Shown here: positions 14,461-28,982 of the stretch, one piece after another
Position numbering within the stretch: the stretch's first letter is position 1
Layout: every line of letters begins with the position of its first letter
NCBI GenBank assembly: GCA_964016885.1
Contig: OZ024746.1
Coordinates: 15,376,001-15,440,000 of the forward strand
DNA length: 64,000 nucleotides
Source: Eledone cirrhosa
Lineage: Eukaryota
Reading direction: 5' to 3'
Notes under the pieces: model-generated
What the model was told of the DNA's origin: nothing
Databases searched by the model: none
Seen by the model: the letters and a program-made list of their open reading frames with translations, nothing else
Made by a program: the position numbers and the translations under genes

Positions 14461-14734
14461 TATAACACTTTCAAATGACACCCGCGTATTACTGGTGATT
14501 GTCTTATTCACACACCTGAAGGAAAAAACCCACAAAGTTGATTCTAGTTAGCTTCGGAAACTGAGAATAATTCAATATATTGATCTGGTATTTTAGGAGG
14601 AAATAAATGAAATTAGAAACAAAACCAAGTTTTAGTCCCAAACACACGAAGATTCTCATTATATGAACAGTGAAATGATAACCGACTGAAGAAAGAGTCA
14701 GTGCTATTTACAACCAAAGTATTCGACTTAGTGA

Positions 14735-14985
14735 GTTTCATATATATTTAGTGATAGTTTCATATATATTTAGTGGTAGTTTCATTAGTTTAGTGGTAGT
14801 TTCATATATATTTAGTGATAGTTTCATATATATTTAGTGATAGTTTCATATATATTTAGTGATAGTTTCATATATATTTAGTGGTAGTTTCATATATATT
14901 TAGTGATAGTTTCATATATATTTAGTGATAGTTTCATATATATTTAGTGATAGTTTCATATATATTTAGTGGTAGTTTCATTAGT
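14735..14985. repeat. 22-bp minisatellite
   Basis: Unit tagtgatagtttcatatatatt. Confidence 0.95.
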
Positions 14986-15270
14986 TTAATGTGCCAAATT
15001 CAACTCCTGCTGTAGACATAGGAACTTGGAGAGAAAATACTTTTTGCCAATGTTAACTTACCCTACATTCACTACAAGAAACGAGCTTAGGAGGTCACAT
15101 TTATGTGGTAGCTAACCTACCAGAAATAGCAACCAAATTTCTCTCAATTTTTTTCCTTACTGTCTTTCAAATATGAATTCATTAAATAATTGATGCCTGG
15201 GTCTACTCCCACTAAAATATGAAGCAAGATGGATGGAATACATTATAGGCATCTTTGGTCATGGGTGACA

Positions 15271-15940
<670 letters not shown>

Positions 15941-16159
15941 GGCTGTCATGAAGATAAACAAAAATAATATTAGAAATAGCAACAGCAACAACGATACAAG
16001 CAGTAACATCATATGTGAAAGTGGTTAGACTTCTTATATTGGTTGAAAGATGATAACTGGAGGAATAACTTGATGTTGAATAAACATTCAAGTGTCTTCC
16101 TTGTTTGGTTCATTAATTGCGTTGGAGTTCGAATATCTATAATTAATCCACATGATTTC

Positions 16160-16622
16160 GCTACATCAAGAAGCCTGGAAAGCTCCCATCCAAACATCTA
16201 CAAAGTGCAAATTCTTCAAAGCTACGGTCGAAACCATCTTAATGAATGATTCAGATTCATGGATTATCAGTGTCGCTCACTCAAGGAGACTTGACATTTC
16301 CAACACCAAGATGTTACGTGGGTTGTTCAACATTTCATGACAAAGTCACACTACCAACAAAGTTCTTTATGATGAGCTGCCGCGAGTTTCATCAAAAGTT
16401 TTATCCTATTGCTTGGCTCTTACTGGTCACGTTTCCTGTCTGGTCACTAGATACAAAGCGCCGAGTAGGACGCCCAAACATAACCATCCGGACTCTGTTG
16501 TCGAGAGACACAGGCCTCACTGGACGGGATCTTCTTGCTGCTATGAGAGATCGTGAAGCCAGGAACAAGAACTTTATGCTTCACCTCTGATGGAGGGATG
16601 ACTTGAGAAGAGAAGAGAAGAA
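16160..16622 (+). mobile_element. Degenerate RTE-clade LINE 3' fragment
   Basis: WKAPIQTSTKCKFFKATVETIL...W....RRLD...KMLR..FNIS, then RRVGRPNITI..LLSRDTGL..RDLLAAMRDRE, typical of the RTE post-RT region. Ends in a (gagaa)n tail. Confidence 0.75.
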
Positions 16623-16953
16623 GTGGTGGGAATTACAACCTAGATCAAAACTAAGTGGCAGGTATTAGGTAGAGAAGTGTGACTGTCTATTTGTATCTGT
16701 GTGACTGAGGGACGCCGAGTATAACAAAGATTTTGAAGTAAATTTGAAAGGGCAGCAAATAGCAAAAGGAGTTTGTTTGGTGCATCACAGAATGAAACAG
16801 ATGATACATTATTGACACTGATGGAATGTAAACGAGAACTAAATTGGCTGAGATTCACAATACACGAAATAGCTTTAATATTCTTTTTTTTTTCTTCTGA
16901 TTTCTAGGGCCTCCATCATATCTATATTACTCTCCTTCTCTTTCTCATATATG

Positions 16954-17008
<55 letters not shown>

Positions 17009-17404
17009 GTATATATGTGTATATATATATGTGTATATATATATATGTATATATGTGTATATATGTGTGTATATATATATGTATATGTGTGTTATATATA
17101 CGTGTGTGTGTGTGTGTGTGTGTGTGTGTAGTCACGTCTCATTATTTGTAGTTCTAGTACTAATTTGACTCCACCCGTATGTCTTCTCATAGCAATTAGA
17201 CGTTGGAATAACTTAGCAATGGTGATGTGGGATAGGGTGTGGTGGGGGTGAGGATGTTGTAATAAGGATGATGATAATGAGGATGATGGAGTTCATAAAG
17301 CAGAAAATAATGATGATGATGATAAAGGAACAATTATTAGTGATCTCATATTTGATAATATATTCAACAATATAATTCAGATATATTATTATTATGGACT
17401 TTAA

Positions 17405-17920
17405 CATGGCTGAACGGTAAAGAAGTTCAGTTCCCAATCATTGGGTCCCACTATGTGGCCATCCTGGGAAAGTGTCATAGAGTCTCGGGTCGACATATGC
17501 TTTGTAAGGGAAATTGGGTGGACAGAAACTGTTCGGAAGCCCACCGAATGGACTGTACTTGTAATTCTGCCAGATACCGGTTGTGACCTGTAGATCGTAT
17601 CAACAATGAGAAGACCAATTGTTACATTGGTCGGATTTGACAAGTTCCACCCCACGCGGTATGCAAATGAGGTCTGGGATCTTGTTGATCGAACTCTATC
17701 TAATCTTCGAATTAGAAGTACAGTCTATTTTACGGGCTTCCGAAGAGCTACTCTTATCATACACTATTTTACGCCGAACCTCCCTGAGATTTACGTTATG
17801 GTTACTCGCACCTGTGTAATATACTCGGCGATATATCCACGTTAATTTCATAAGCAGGTTGAATATTCCGCTGAACGAATAATCAGACCACTGGTTAACG
17901 AAACCGACGGAGGACCATCG
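17405..17920 (+). mobile_element. SINE family C head plus degenerate shared body
   Basis: catggctgaacggtaaagaag...gaaactgttcggaagccc, later ctccctgagatttacgtta...cacgttaatttca. Confidence 0.55.
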
Positions 17921-18134
17921 ATTTGTTGCATATATAACAACTAAAGGAACGGTAATTAGCTGTAGGGAACGGTATAGAGTAGGTCTAAAACACCCGAAAG
18001 TCTGTAATTACTGCCTTTAACGTTCAATATCCATCGAGATAAATCAATTTTAAATGTTATAATTCCAGAATCGATAAAAAGAAACACACATCGTGTCAAT
18101 AAGTAATCGACAAAAACAATAGCAACAATAATAA

Positions 18135-18315
18135 TTGTTTCTACTTTCTTGCACAAGGCCAGCAATTACCCAGTGTATTACTGGTACTTTATTTTATCAA
18201 CCCCGTATGGATGAAAGGCAAAGCTAACCTCGACGGGATTTGAACTCAGAAGATAAAGGGACGTAACTATATGCAAAAAAAAGCATGTTATCCGACGCTC
18301 AACCTATTCTGCCAA
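18135..18315 (-). mobile_element. SINE family A copy
   Basis: gcacaaggccagcaatt...ctggtact...ggatgaaaggcaaag...gggatttgaactcaga. Confidence 0.8.
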
Positions 18316-18332
18316 TAATGATAATAATAATT

Positions 18333-18377
<45 letters not shown>

Positions 18378-19089
18378 GTGTTTATCGTCAATCTGAAAGT
18401 GATCAGAACACTAACAACTGTGGTTAAATCAGTTAAAAGTACAATAAAACCATATTGTGATAAGTGAGAGGAAATGGTAGAAAGTGACAGATTATCCTTT
18501 CGTTAAAGTAACTGTGGATTATCTGTGGAGGATAATCCACAGTTACTCTGTTCTGTTAGTTTGGATCTGTTGATGGGATGATTAACTTCTTCCCGGATAA
18601 TCCACAGCTACACAACTGGATCAGAACTAATTACCACCAAATACTGGCAACCATCTTTGGCGTGTTCATAAATGTGTTGCTTTAGACTTTCTCGTGTATG
18701 TGTATGTTTGTTCGTAGATTTGTTCACTGGTTTGTGTGTGTGTGCGTGTGCGTGTGCGTGTGTGTGCTTGTACGCGTGAGTGTATACTTGTGTGTAGGGG
18801 TGTGTATATGTGTATGAGTGTGTGCGTGTGTGTTTATTTATCAATAGGTAATTAAGCTTAGTGATTTATTTGTTTGAATATGCAAAAATGTGATGCCTCC
18901 TTGTGTACAACTACTCCGTGATTGTTTCATCACTGCTGAGTTCTGATAAGGCCGAAACATGTACCAATCAGGTGAGGAATGTGCCCCAACAGGTATAAGT
19001 GCCTGAGATACACAGCATGTCATGAAGGTATCCCTACCACTAATAATAGTATGATAGTATAAGTAATCGATAAAGAAAAAAGTAAAGTT

Positions 19090-19858
19090 GTGAGGTGGGT
19101 GACAGGTAGATGAGACGCCGAGATAATTGGGAGAGGTGTAGGTGGGTGACAGGTAGATGAGACGCCGAGATAATTGGGAGAGGAGTGAGGTGGGTGACAG
19201 ATAGATAAGACGCAGAGATGATTGGGAGAGGTGTGAGGTGGGTGACAGGTAGATGAGACGCAGAGATGATTGAGAGAGGAGTGAGGTGGGTGACAGGTAG
19301 ATAAGACGCAGAGATGATTGGGAGAGGTGTGAGGTGGGTGACAGGTAGATGAGATGCAGAGATGATTGAGAGAGGTGTGAGGTGGGTGACAGGTAGATAA
19401 GACGCAGAGATGATTGGGGGAGGTGTGAGGTGGGTGACAGGTAGATAAGACGCAGAGATGATTGAGAGAAGTGTGAGGTGGGTGACAGGTAGATAAGACG
19501 CAGAGATGATTGGGGGAGGTGTGAGGTGGGTGACAGGTAGATAAGACGCAGAGATGATTGGGAGAGGTGTGAGGTGGGTGACAGGTAGATAACACGCAGA
19601 GATGATTGGGAGAGGAGTGAGGTGGGTGACAGGTAGATAAGACGCAGAGATGATTGAGAGAGGAGTGAGGTGGGTGACAGGTAGATGAGACGCAGAGATG
19701 ATTGAGAGAGGAGTGAGGTGGGTGACAGGTAGATGAGACGCAGAGATGATTGGGGGAGGTGTAAGGTGGGTGACAGGTAGATGAGACGCAGAGATGATTG
19801 GGAGAGGAGTAAGGTGGGTGACAGGTAGATGAGACGCAGAGATGATTGGGAGAGGAGT
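19090..19858. repeat. 48-bp minisatellite, about 16 copies
   Basis: Unit gtgaggtgggtgacaggtagataagacgcagagatgattgggagaggt. Confidence 0.95.
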
Positions 19859-19919
19859 ATGTTGAAACCTAAGAACAATAATTAATGAAAGAAATGTATT
19901 ATTACTATTATTATTATTG

Positions 19920-20402
19920 AGGTACCAGTAACGCACTGGGGTCGATTTAATCGACTCTCCCCACCTTCAAATTGCTGGCCTTGTGCCTATAGTAAAAAAC
20001 ATTATCACTATTGTTATAAAGGCGGTGGATTGACAGTATTGGTAGAGTGTCGGACACCCTGCTTCGCGGCATAGACGCACGGCCTTTTACGTTCTGCGTT
20101 CAAATCCCACCGAGGTCGATAAAATAAGATACCAGTAACACGCTGGGGTCGATTTAATCGACCCCCTCTCCCCCCAAAAAAAATTATTTTGGCCTTGTGC
20201 CTAAATCAGAAAGCATTGGTGGATTGGAAGTATCAGTAGAGGGTCGGACGCCATGTTTTCCAGCATAGTTACGTCCCTTTACGATCTGAATTCAAATCCC
20301 GCCGAGGTTGACTTTGCCTTTCATCCTTACGAGGTCGATGAAATAAAGTACCAGTAATGTACTGGGTAATTGCTGGCCTTGTGCCTGAAGTAGAAACAAT
20401 TA
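19920..20402 (+). mobile_element. Tandem cluster of three SINE family A copies/fragments
   Basis: Repeated accagtaa..ctggg, ggccttgtgcct and ttcaaatccc(a/g)ccgaggt motifs. Confidence 0.8.
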
Positions 20403-20713
20403 TGTAGATAGATGGCTAGATAAAATTATAGAAAAGTAGATAGGTAATCGTTTTACATTTGAAATGAATACTGAGTTAGTTGTTCTAATCTACCACACTC
20501 ATAGCTAAGTAGCCATTTTGAATATGACGAGTTTTTTTCCTGTATGACAGCAGTCAGTTGGGTATAAATTGGAAGACATAATTTGATTTAATGTTGATGG
20601 AAACTTTTGAAGATTCGTCATTAGAAGCAGGGATGTAACGTCAGGTAGTGATATCATTACATCTTTTATGGTGCCAATGTAATCCCTATAATCCCTTCCA
20701 TCTACATACATTT

Positions 20714-20768
<55 letters not shown>

Positions 20769-20841
20769 TGTTGGCTTCTTGCTCACATTAATTTCTCTAT
20801 TTTCATTTATATATATATATAATATATATATATATATACAT

Positions 20842-21293
20842 GGAAAGTTATATTTAAAATTGTTGGGTTACAACTAGTAAATATTTATAACTGATATAAA
20901 AGCACTCGACAAGTATTTGGAGTATATTTACAATATTAAATAAATGGAAACTATATTTATAAAACCATATTTATTTCATTATATATATTTCGGGGATATC
21001 ATATTAACAATATGCTATGCCTTCCTCAGACAAAATACAATATAGACAGTTTTATAGATAAATAGATTTGACATACCGTTCAACATCGACTTGTATTTGA
21101 AAAGTTGATTTGCCAAATCAACTTTTCAAATACAAGTCGATGTTGAACGGTATGTCAAATCTATTTATCTATAAAACTGTCTATATTGTATTTTGTCTGA
21201 GGAAGGCATAGCATATTGTTAATATGATATCCCTGAAATATATATAATGAAATAAATATGGTTTTATAAATATAGTTTCCATTTATTTAATAT
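20842..21293. mobile_element. Fold-back HHR mini-element, family P1
   Basis: 180-bp inverted arms 20933-21293 centred at 21113, plus a unique tail 20842-20932. Homologous in inverted orientation to 44401-44790. Confidence 0.85.
21189..21254 (+). ncRNA. Minimal hammerhead ribozyme (mirror copy 20972-21037 on -)
   Basis: tattttgt-CTGAGGA-aggcatagcatatt/aatatgatatccct-GAA-atatatat-a-atgaaata. Confidence 0.7.
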
Positions 21294-21295
21294 CG

Positions 21296-21328
<33 letters not shown>

Positions 21329-21428
21329 GGGGAGAGAGGGGGAGAGAGTGAGTGGGATACTGTTTCTTCATATATATATATATATCTATATATATATATC
21401 TATATATATATATATATATATATACACA

Positions 21429-21636
21429 TACGAGGGAGTGGAGGGTCGGCTGAAAGGTTCGTGGGTTGATTATGAAGGAGTGATGTTAGGGCTGTGAAAT
21501 CTTGCATGCATTAATTTCAACTCTTCTTATTAATAACACCATTGTTTCTTTCCAGGAACTGTTGAAAAATAAACCTCATTAGGTCATTCCAGAAGAGTAT
21601 CTTGGTCAGCCTATGAATTTTTAAGCCAATCTTCGC
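21429..21636. mobile_element. Tc1/mariner-type MITE
   Basis: Left tacgagg..gggtcggctgaaaggttcgtgggttga and right tcagcctatgaatttttaagccaatcttcg form degenerate TIRs; the element begins at TA. Confidence 0.6.
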
Positions 21637-21770
21637 GCGCGCGCGCGTGTGTGTGTGCGTGCGTGCGTGTGTGTGTATGTGTAAGTTAAAAACAGAAAAC
21701 AAAAACAATAACGAAGTGTGCAGTACAAACATGTTGGTATTAGGTTCACGCTTGAGAGTGGGGGAGGGGG

Positions 21771-21804
21771 GCGTTTCGGGCATAAGCCCTTCATCATCAG
21801 AAAA
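21771..21804 (-). ncRNA. Damaged hammerhead motif
   Basis: Minus strand: CTGATGA-(tga)-a-gggc-ttat-gccc-GAAA-cg. Perfect stem II, but stems I and III are lost. Confidence 0.5.
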
Positions 21805-22002
21805 GTGGGAAGGAAAAGAGTTCCGAGGGTGTGAAGGGGAGTGGTGGAAAGATATTAAAAGGGAGGGGGGGAGATTAAAGGGAAGGAAAAAAAATTAAAA
21901 TGAGGATAAATTGAAATGAAAACAAGTGGTGAAAAGGTGTGAGGCGTATATATATATATACGTATATATATATGTATGTACGTATATATATATGTATGTA
22001 TG

Positions 22003-22062
<60 letters not shown>

Positions 22063-22106
22063 TATATGTTTGTATATATATATATATATATATATATTTT
22101 TTTAGG

Positions 22107-22320
22107 AACGATCGACTTTCGTCAAATCGGACCGAGGAAACAATGTTTCCGTTGGTCTTTCCAATTGCTAATACTATCTATCGGTCGCAACTCCAGGTAG
22201 AAGGAGGAACGTGAAATAAAGTGTCTTGCTCAAGGACATAACGCATCGCCTGGTCCAGGAATCGAACTCACAACCTTACGATTGCGAATCCAATTCTCTA
22301 ACCACTCAGCCACACGCCGT
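22107..22320 (-). mobile_element. SINE family B copy
   Basis: gtgaaataaagtgtcttgctcaagga...ggaatcgaactc...taaccactcagccacacgcc. Near-identical copy at 61400-61610. Confidence 0.85.
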
Positions 22321-22355
<35 letters not shown>

Positions 22356-22376
22356 GCATGTATGTATATATATGTA

Positions 22377-22750
<374 letters not shown>

Positions 22751-22754
22751 TTAC

Positions 22755-22793
<39 letters not shown>

Positions 22794-23584
22794 AATAATA
22801 TTTATATTATTACGTTTCGACGGCGAGTGGGATTGATTTAAGACACAGTATTTTAAGTATAGTTCATAGTTATGGAAATATGTTCTACTTTGGGGTTAAA
22901 AGTTACATTTTTTGTGGTATTGTCTGTACTTTGGTTTCATAATTCTTTGGTAAGTTTTATTAGTCTATCTGTCTAAAAGAGTATATGTGTTATATATATA
23001 TAGAGAGAGAGAAAGGGAGTGTGTGTGCTTGTATATGTGGGGGAGAGAGAGTATATGTCTGGGTGTGTAAGAAGGACAGTGTGTGAGTGCTAGAGAGGGT
23101 AAAAGAGAGTAAAAAGAGAAAGCGATGAAGAGAGGAAAAAAGGAAGATAAAGAGAGAGATTACCTTATATGGTATGGACGATATTCTTGTAAAATATTGG
23201 TCACAATCAACTAATGTTTCTCACCCCCCCCCCTCTCTTTCTTCCACCTCACTCTTTCTGCAAGTATTCCACTCCACATTCGAAAATCCGACCCAATAGT
23301 TAGCGTCAGATGTAGATTTGATGAACCAAGTAGTGTGTGTATATATATATACATATATAAATATATATACATATATAAATATATATATATATATAAATAT
23401 ATAGAGAGATATACTTTAACTTTAATTATATCTCATAAAATAATACAACTGGTTTTTCCACATTATACATATTGTTAGCACCCCAAACACTTAAATTGGG
23501 TTTATATTTTAATATAACCTAATGTTTGTTGAGTGAGATGGTTACCAGTCAGAGTTTAGCTTTAAACTATCTCTGTTATTGTAT

Positions 23585-23616
<32 letters not shown>

Positions 23617-23651
23617 TAAATATATATACATATATAAATATATATATATTA

Positions 23652-24841
23652 GTTTTGCGAGCTCCATAGACCTCATCATGTACTCCCGTTACGTAGACGA
23701 CATCAATATAGTAATAAGGCAAGAGAGTACTAACAAGTTTGATTTAGAACGTAGCACAATGGAAAGCATCCACCAGATAGCTAATTCCAAAAAATATGTA
23801 GAGTATAACTGTAACTATCGACTACCCTTCCAAACACCCTAACAATAGACTACCTGTATTAGACACGGAACTCTGGATTAACACTATAGACGAGAGAGCC
23901 CAAATTCTCCACTCACACTATGCTAAACCCATGGCCTCCAAATACCTAATACTCAAAACTCAGCAATGTCCAGTAGTGTTAAATTTAATATTCTGATCGC
24001 AGACTTGGTACGAGTGATGAAGAATGTGTCCCGCATGTGCGACCCAACAGAAATGGAAAGACACATCCAACACTTTATCAACCGCATGCAGTTCTCTGGC
24101 TACAACCAAAGAGACAGAATAAGAGTATACGAAGGAGCCACGGAGAAGTATAAGACCCTCATAGAACTAGACATGAAAGGAATTTGCCCATTATACAGGA
24201 GAAAATCATGGAATAAATTAGATAGGACTAGACATAAGATAGGGAAAGCCACCTCATGGTACGGCAACCAGAGATACCAGAGTGTCATGTTTGTGGACGC
24301 CACCCCTGGAGGGAAATTAGCTAACCAGTGTAGAAAGGCCCTGAGAAAGACCCACTTAAAGATTAAGGTGGTAGAAAAGCCAGGAACCACCATAAAATCC
24401 CTGATCAGCAAAACCTACCCTTTTAAGAAAACCCACTGTACTAATAGGAAATGTATTATATGTAAGATAAACCCCCGGATAAACTGTAAAACTAGAAACG
24501 TAGTCTATAGCATAAGATGTACAGAGGGTACTTGCAGAAACACGACAACAACATACATAGGCGAGACAGCTCGTAGCATAGGTGAAAGGATAGACCAACA
24601 CTGGGGGGAACTAAAAGGACGAAAAAACGGTTCAGTACTATACGAACATGCCAGACAACAACACGGCGGTAACATAGACAACATAGAAATTAGAATAATA
24701 TCTAAACATAGAAATGACCCAGCAGATAGGCAAATCAGAGAGGCCAGCGAAATAGAACTTAGAAGGCCAAGGCTAAACAGAAAAAATGAATGGAATAACA
24801 ACAACACCCAAACAAACAATACTGACCTAAGAGAAGTATAA
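23652..24841 (+). pseudogene. Penelope RT C-terminal half plus GIY-YIG endonuclease, two frameshifts (~23790, ~23957)
   Basis: YSRYVDDI (YVDD 23690-23701), DYPSKHPNNRLPVLD, HYAKPMAS, linker CTNRKCIIC, NVVYSIRC...YIGETARSIGERIDQH, REASEI..RPRLN. Confidence 0.92.
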
Positions 24842-25065
24842 ATAAATAAATACATACACAAGCACAATAACAACAAACACATATAAACACACACTAGTAA
24901 ACTAAGATAGAATACAATAACCAATACACAGTCACCCAAACACGAACACACATCAAACACTATACACACACGCAAACGCATGCACAGAGAAGACAAAAAA
25001 ATAAATAAAACTAAATAAATAAAGATGGCGTAGGCATACAATACAACGGGAGGAAACATAATAGC

Positions 25066-25107
25066 ACCACTGACGATGTTGCAGGTGTGCAACGAAAGAA
25101 CTTTGTT
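25066..25107 (+). ncRNA. Hammerhead ribozyme in the Penelope pLTR
   Basis: CTGACGA-t-gttgca-ggtg-tgcaac-GAAA-gaac-tt-tg. Perfect 6-bp stem II, eroded stem I. Confidence 0.65.
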
Positions 25108-25409
25108 AGACTATATATGTGTGTGTCTATATTGTATCTGTATTTTTGACCGTTGGTTAGTCAATGGTAACATTGAGGACCGAATTAAAAAAAAAAAAAA
25201 TTAAATTAACCGATATAAAAGACACAGAAGCGAAAAGCAACCAAACAGTGAGTGTCTTCTGTTATTAATTCTGGCAATACTATTACACAAATATGACCCT
25301 CCCCCATATATATATATATTACACAAATATATATATATTACACAAATATGACCCTCCCCAATATATATATATATATATATATACATATATATATGCAGAA
25401 AAATATAAC

Positions 25410-25930
25410 TATAACTTTCTTTTGCTTCTTATTTTTATTCTTTTTATTTTTATTTTTCTGCACACATACTTTTTTTCATCTATACAAAAAATACCCTACC
25501 ACTACAACCACCATAATACTCTTGCTTACCCGCTTAAAGTGCTTGCATTACATGTAACACCTTGCCACACAATGATCGTATAAAAATGAGACACATGAGA
25601 CTTGCATGCTCCATGTGTAACTAACGCATACACTACCTACTAGATCTGACTATCAAACTATCCTCCTGCATTATCTGTGTTATCTGCCGAATGTATTTTA
25701 ATTTTGATTTTGATTTTGAATTGCTTTACAAAAATAGTATAGTATAATATATGTCACTCCACTGTACATCAATATATATATATATGTATCTGTATGTCTC
25801 CTGCGTTGGATAGGAAGTCAATTAAATGTACAAACATTGAAAAATGCTCCGAAGACTTCAAGCCTAGGTTTGGATGAAACAATTGTAAGTGAATAAATGC
25901 TTTCAACATAGCTTTCATTCTTGTGAATTC
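25410..25930 (+). mobile_element. pLTR-like element, family P4
   Basis: Colinear with 45290-45810; ends in a variant HHR followed by AATAAA. Confidence 0.7.
25845..25891 (+). ncRNA. Variant hammerhead (CCGAAGA core)
   Basis: gct-CCGAAGA-c-ttcaagcc-ta-ggtttgga-t-GAA-acaattgt-a-agt. Confidence 0.6.
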
Positions 25931-26287
<357 letters not shown>

Positions 26288-26416
26288 AGGAAAGCTTCTC
26301 TAATGATTTCCTTCGAATGAAACAGTTCTAGTCCTGTAGAAACCATTTCTATATTAAATCTTATATATATATATATATATATATATAATCATTTTATTAA
26401 GGCTAAATAGTGAGTT

Positions 26417-26462
26417 TTGTTACTCAAGACTTTCGCCTGTTTATCACAGGCTCATCAGACAA
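26417..26462 (-). ncRNA. Minimal hammerhead ribozyme
   Basis: Minus strand: ttgt-CTGATGA-gcctg-tgataaa-caggc-GAAA-gtcttgag-ta-acaa. One mismatch in stem III, AATAAA downstream. Confidence 0.65.
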
Positions 26463-26864
26463 GAAAGAATTATTTGCTGGGACAGGGTGTCACTTCATTG
26501 TGACAGTGTGTCATTTATTTGAATATCTACACAAGATGTGTACAACGTATTTGTCTAACTGCATTTGTGTAAATTTATTGATGTTTCAACGGATGTTTTT
26601 TCAGTTCCTCAGCTGTTACACCCAGCCTGATATATAAAGATCAATTAATTCGACCAAATTGGAATATTTTTTTAATTATATTATTCAATATTATATGTGA
26701 ACAGCAGGTACGAATGTTAACTGATCACATATTGGCTACCAAAGATAAGTTTGAGTATAGCCTTAAGCAGCAGTGGTTCTCACTGAGCATTTGTTTCTAT
26801 AGAAAAGTTTGCTGTTTGTAAATTCTTCTGTTACGAGTTTGTACTAGGGTCTATTAAAGCTGAC

Positions 26865-27115
26865 AAATTGGCAGAGTCCTTAGATCATTGGATAACATTT
26901 TTGCGGTATTCATTTCGGCTCTCTGCTCTCTGAGTTCAAGTCTCGCCGAGGTCAATTTTGTCTTTCATCCATTCAAAAAGTACCAGTCTAGTATTGGGGT
27001 TGATTCTTCCATTATCTCTTTCTCACTTTCTATTCTTCTCTGGAAGAAATCTGCAGTATTCAGATCTGGAGAGGAGATGGGCTCCACCAGGTTTTAAAAT
27101 GCCCTAGAAACACCA
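26865..27115 (+). mobile_element. SINE family A with extended body
   Basis: ttggcagag...gagttcaagtctcgccgaggtc...ctttcatcc, tail ggctccaccaggttttaaaatgccc. Confidence 0.7.
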
Positions 27116-28041
27116 TACATTAAATTTGTTTTGCCATGAAGCATGACAGATGTGTGAGGCCTGCAAGAACCATGAGGCCCGCAAGATCCGATGACCAACG
27201 ACACTGTATTAGCGATAAAAAGACTGGGAGAAGAAACAGTATGTTTATTGACCAGAGATCGGGGTGAGTTAGGGAATGGCTTCATATTAATCTATCGGGT
27301 AGACCTATGCTGTGATAAATGAGCTCGACCGGATTTGAACTCATAACTTTAAAAGCAGGACAATTGCCACAACACATTTTGTCCAACAAACTAACAATTC
27401 TGCTAATCCACTGTCCTTAAAATATATTATATAGCATATATTATATAGCATAGACCAGCTACTTCACTGCCCTCAAAATACATAAAATAGACCTCGCTCC
27501 TTATTTGCATAGGTCCAGCCAATCCACTGTCCTCAAAATACATTACATAATATAGATCACACTCCTTTATTTGCATACGTCCAATAATACACGCGATGAT
27601 ATCTGATGGTTTCATCTGAAAAGTCAAGAACCTATGCTGGAGATTTTATAGTAACTACTCAATACTGTACAGTATTAAATTAATTTTCTACGAACACACT
27701 CGTACCTGAAATATTTCATTTTCAAAGAAAACATTTTAACTTTTTAATAATTACTTTTTCTTGGAAAACACATTCTGACACCTTTTGACATTTTGAAGAC
27801 ACTTTCCTCTGACGATTCACAGGGAAAAGATAAGAACCAAAAACTCTTCTGAATATTTTTGTTGTACATTTTGTTTGGGTTGCAGCCAATTACCATTCTA
27901 GGTTTTATCATGGATTCGAACAGTAAGAATTCAATATGTATGTGGCTTGGTTGTAAGCACACACACACACACAGAGCGAGACATATATATAAATACATAC
28001 ATTAATACATACATGATACTTATATATATACGCACATTTAT

Positions 28042-28131
<90 letters not shown>

Positions 28132-28264
28132 CTGGAAATTCAGTTCCTGTCAGGGAGGAAACGTCACATGACAATGGTCAAAGTCATTGAGAACAGTGTT
28201 TCCCCCTCCCCTCATCGTTATTAATGGACACAACATATGTCCTAGATCCCTTACAACTTCCTGT

Positions 28265-28690
28265 TTCCACACCACCACACCGACATCACACCACCACATC
28301 ACCATCACCTCACAAATACCACTACTACCTCCACTGACATTACATTACTAACACTACCACATCACACAACCACCTCCACTACCACTACCACCACCACCTC
28401 CACCATCACCTCCACATCCCCACTACACCATCACCACCACCTCCTCAACCCCACTACACCACCACCTCCACCATCACCACCGCCACCACAACCTCCACCC
28501 CACCCCGCACTACACCATCACGATCACCACCACCTCCGCACCCCCGCTACACCCCCACCCCGACCATCACCTCCACACCACCATCAATACCACCAGCATC
28601 ATCAGCACAACCTCCACACCATCACCACCACCTTCTCCATCCCTCCACACCACCACCACGACCACACCACCACCACCTCCACCGCCATCA
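28265..28690. repeat. (CAC)n-rich low-complexity tract
   Basis: Directly visible. Confidence 0.9.
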
Positions 28691-28798
28691 GCAGCAGGTT
28701 TCTCCTTTATTCGGCAGAGATAAGACGGAAAATTCTTTACTGTGAAGGTATCTGAGTGGGGTGAGGTGTGAGGAGGTGAGAGAGAGGGAAAGGGGGAG

Positions 28799-28851
<53 letters not shown>

Positions 28852-28951
28852 GATGGAGGGACGGAAGGGAAGGATTCGGAAGGTAAAGTGTCGTTTGGTG
28901 TAGGTTTCGGAGATAAAAAGAAAGAGATTGTGTATGTATGTAACAGTATCA

Positions 28952-28982
<31 letters not shown>

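Larger units (their letters stand above)
23650..25360 (+). mobile_element. 5'-truncated Penelope-like retroelement (Neptune-like) with 3' pLTR
   Basis: RT and GIY-YIG coding remnant, 3' region with an HHR at 25066 and terminus atgaccctcccc. Both ends abut (TA)n. Confidence 0.9.

Noticed and set aside
18920-18970. ctgctga...ccGAAAcatgta HHR-like motif (also ctaatga at ~26310 and a half motif at ~37145)
   Set aside because: Core mutated and stems do not pair well; at most decayed relics.
18841-19936. Three long overlapping ORFs
   Set aside because: All three frames are open only because of a 48-bp minisatellite.
28700-28750. cag|...FLLYSAEIRRKILYCE|gt possible exon with HMG-like wording
   Set aside because: Too short, no pyrimidine tract before the AG, and flanked by low-complexity sequence.
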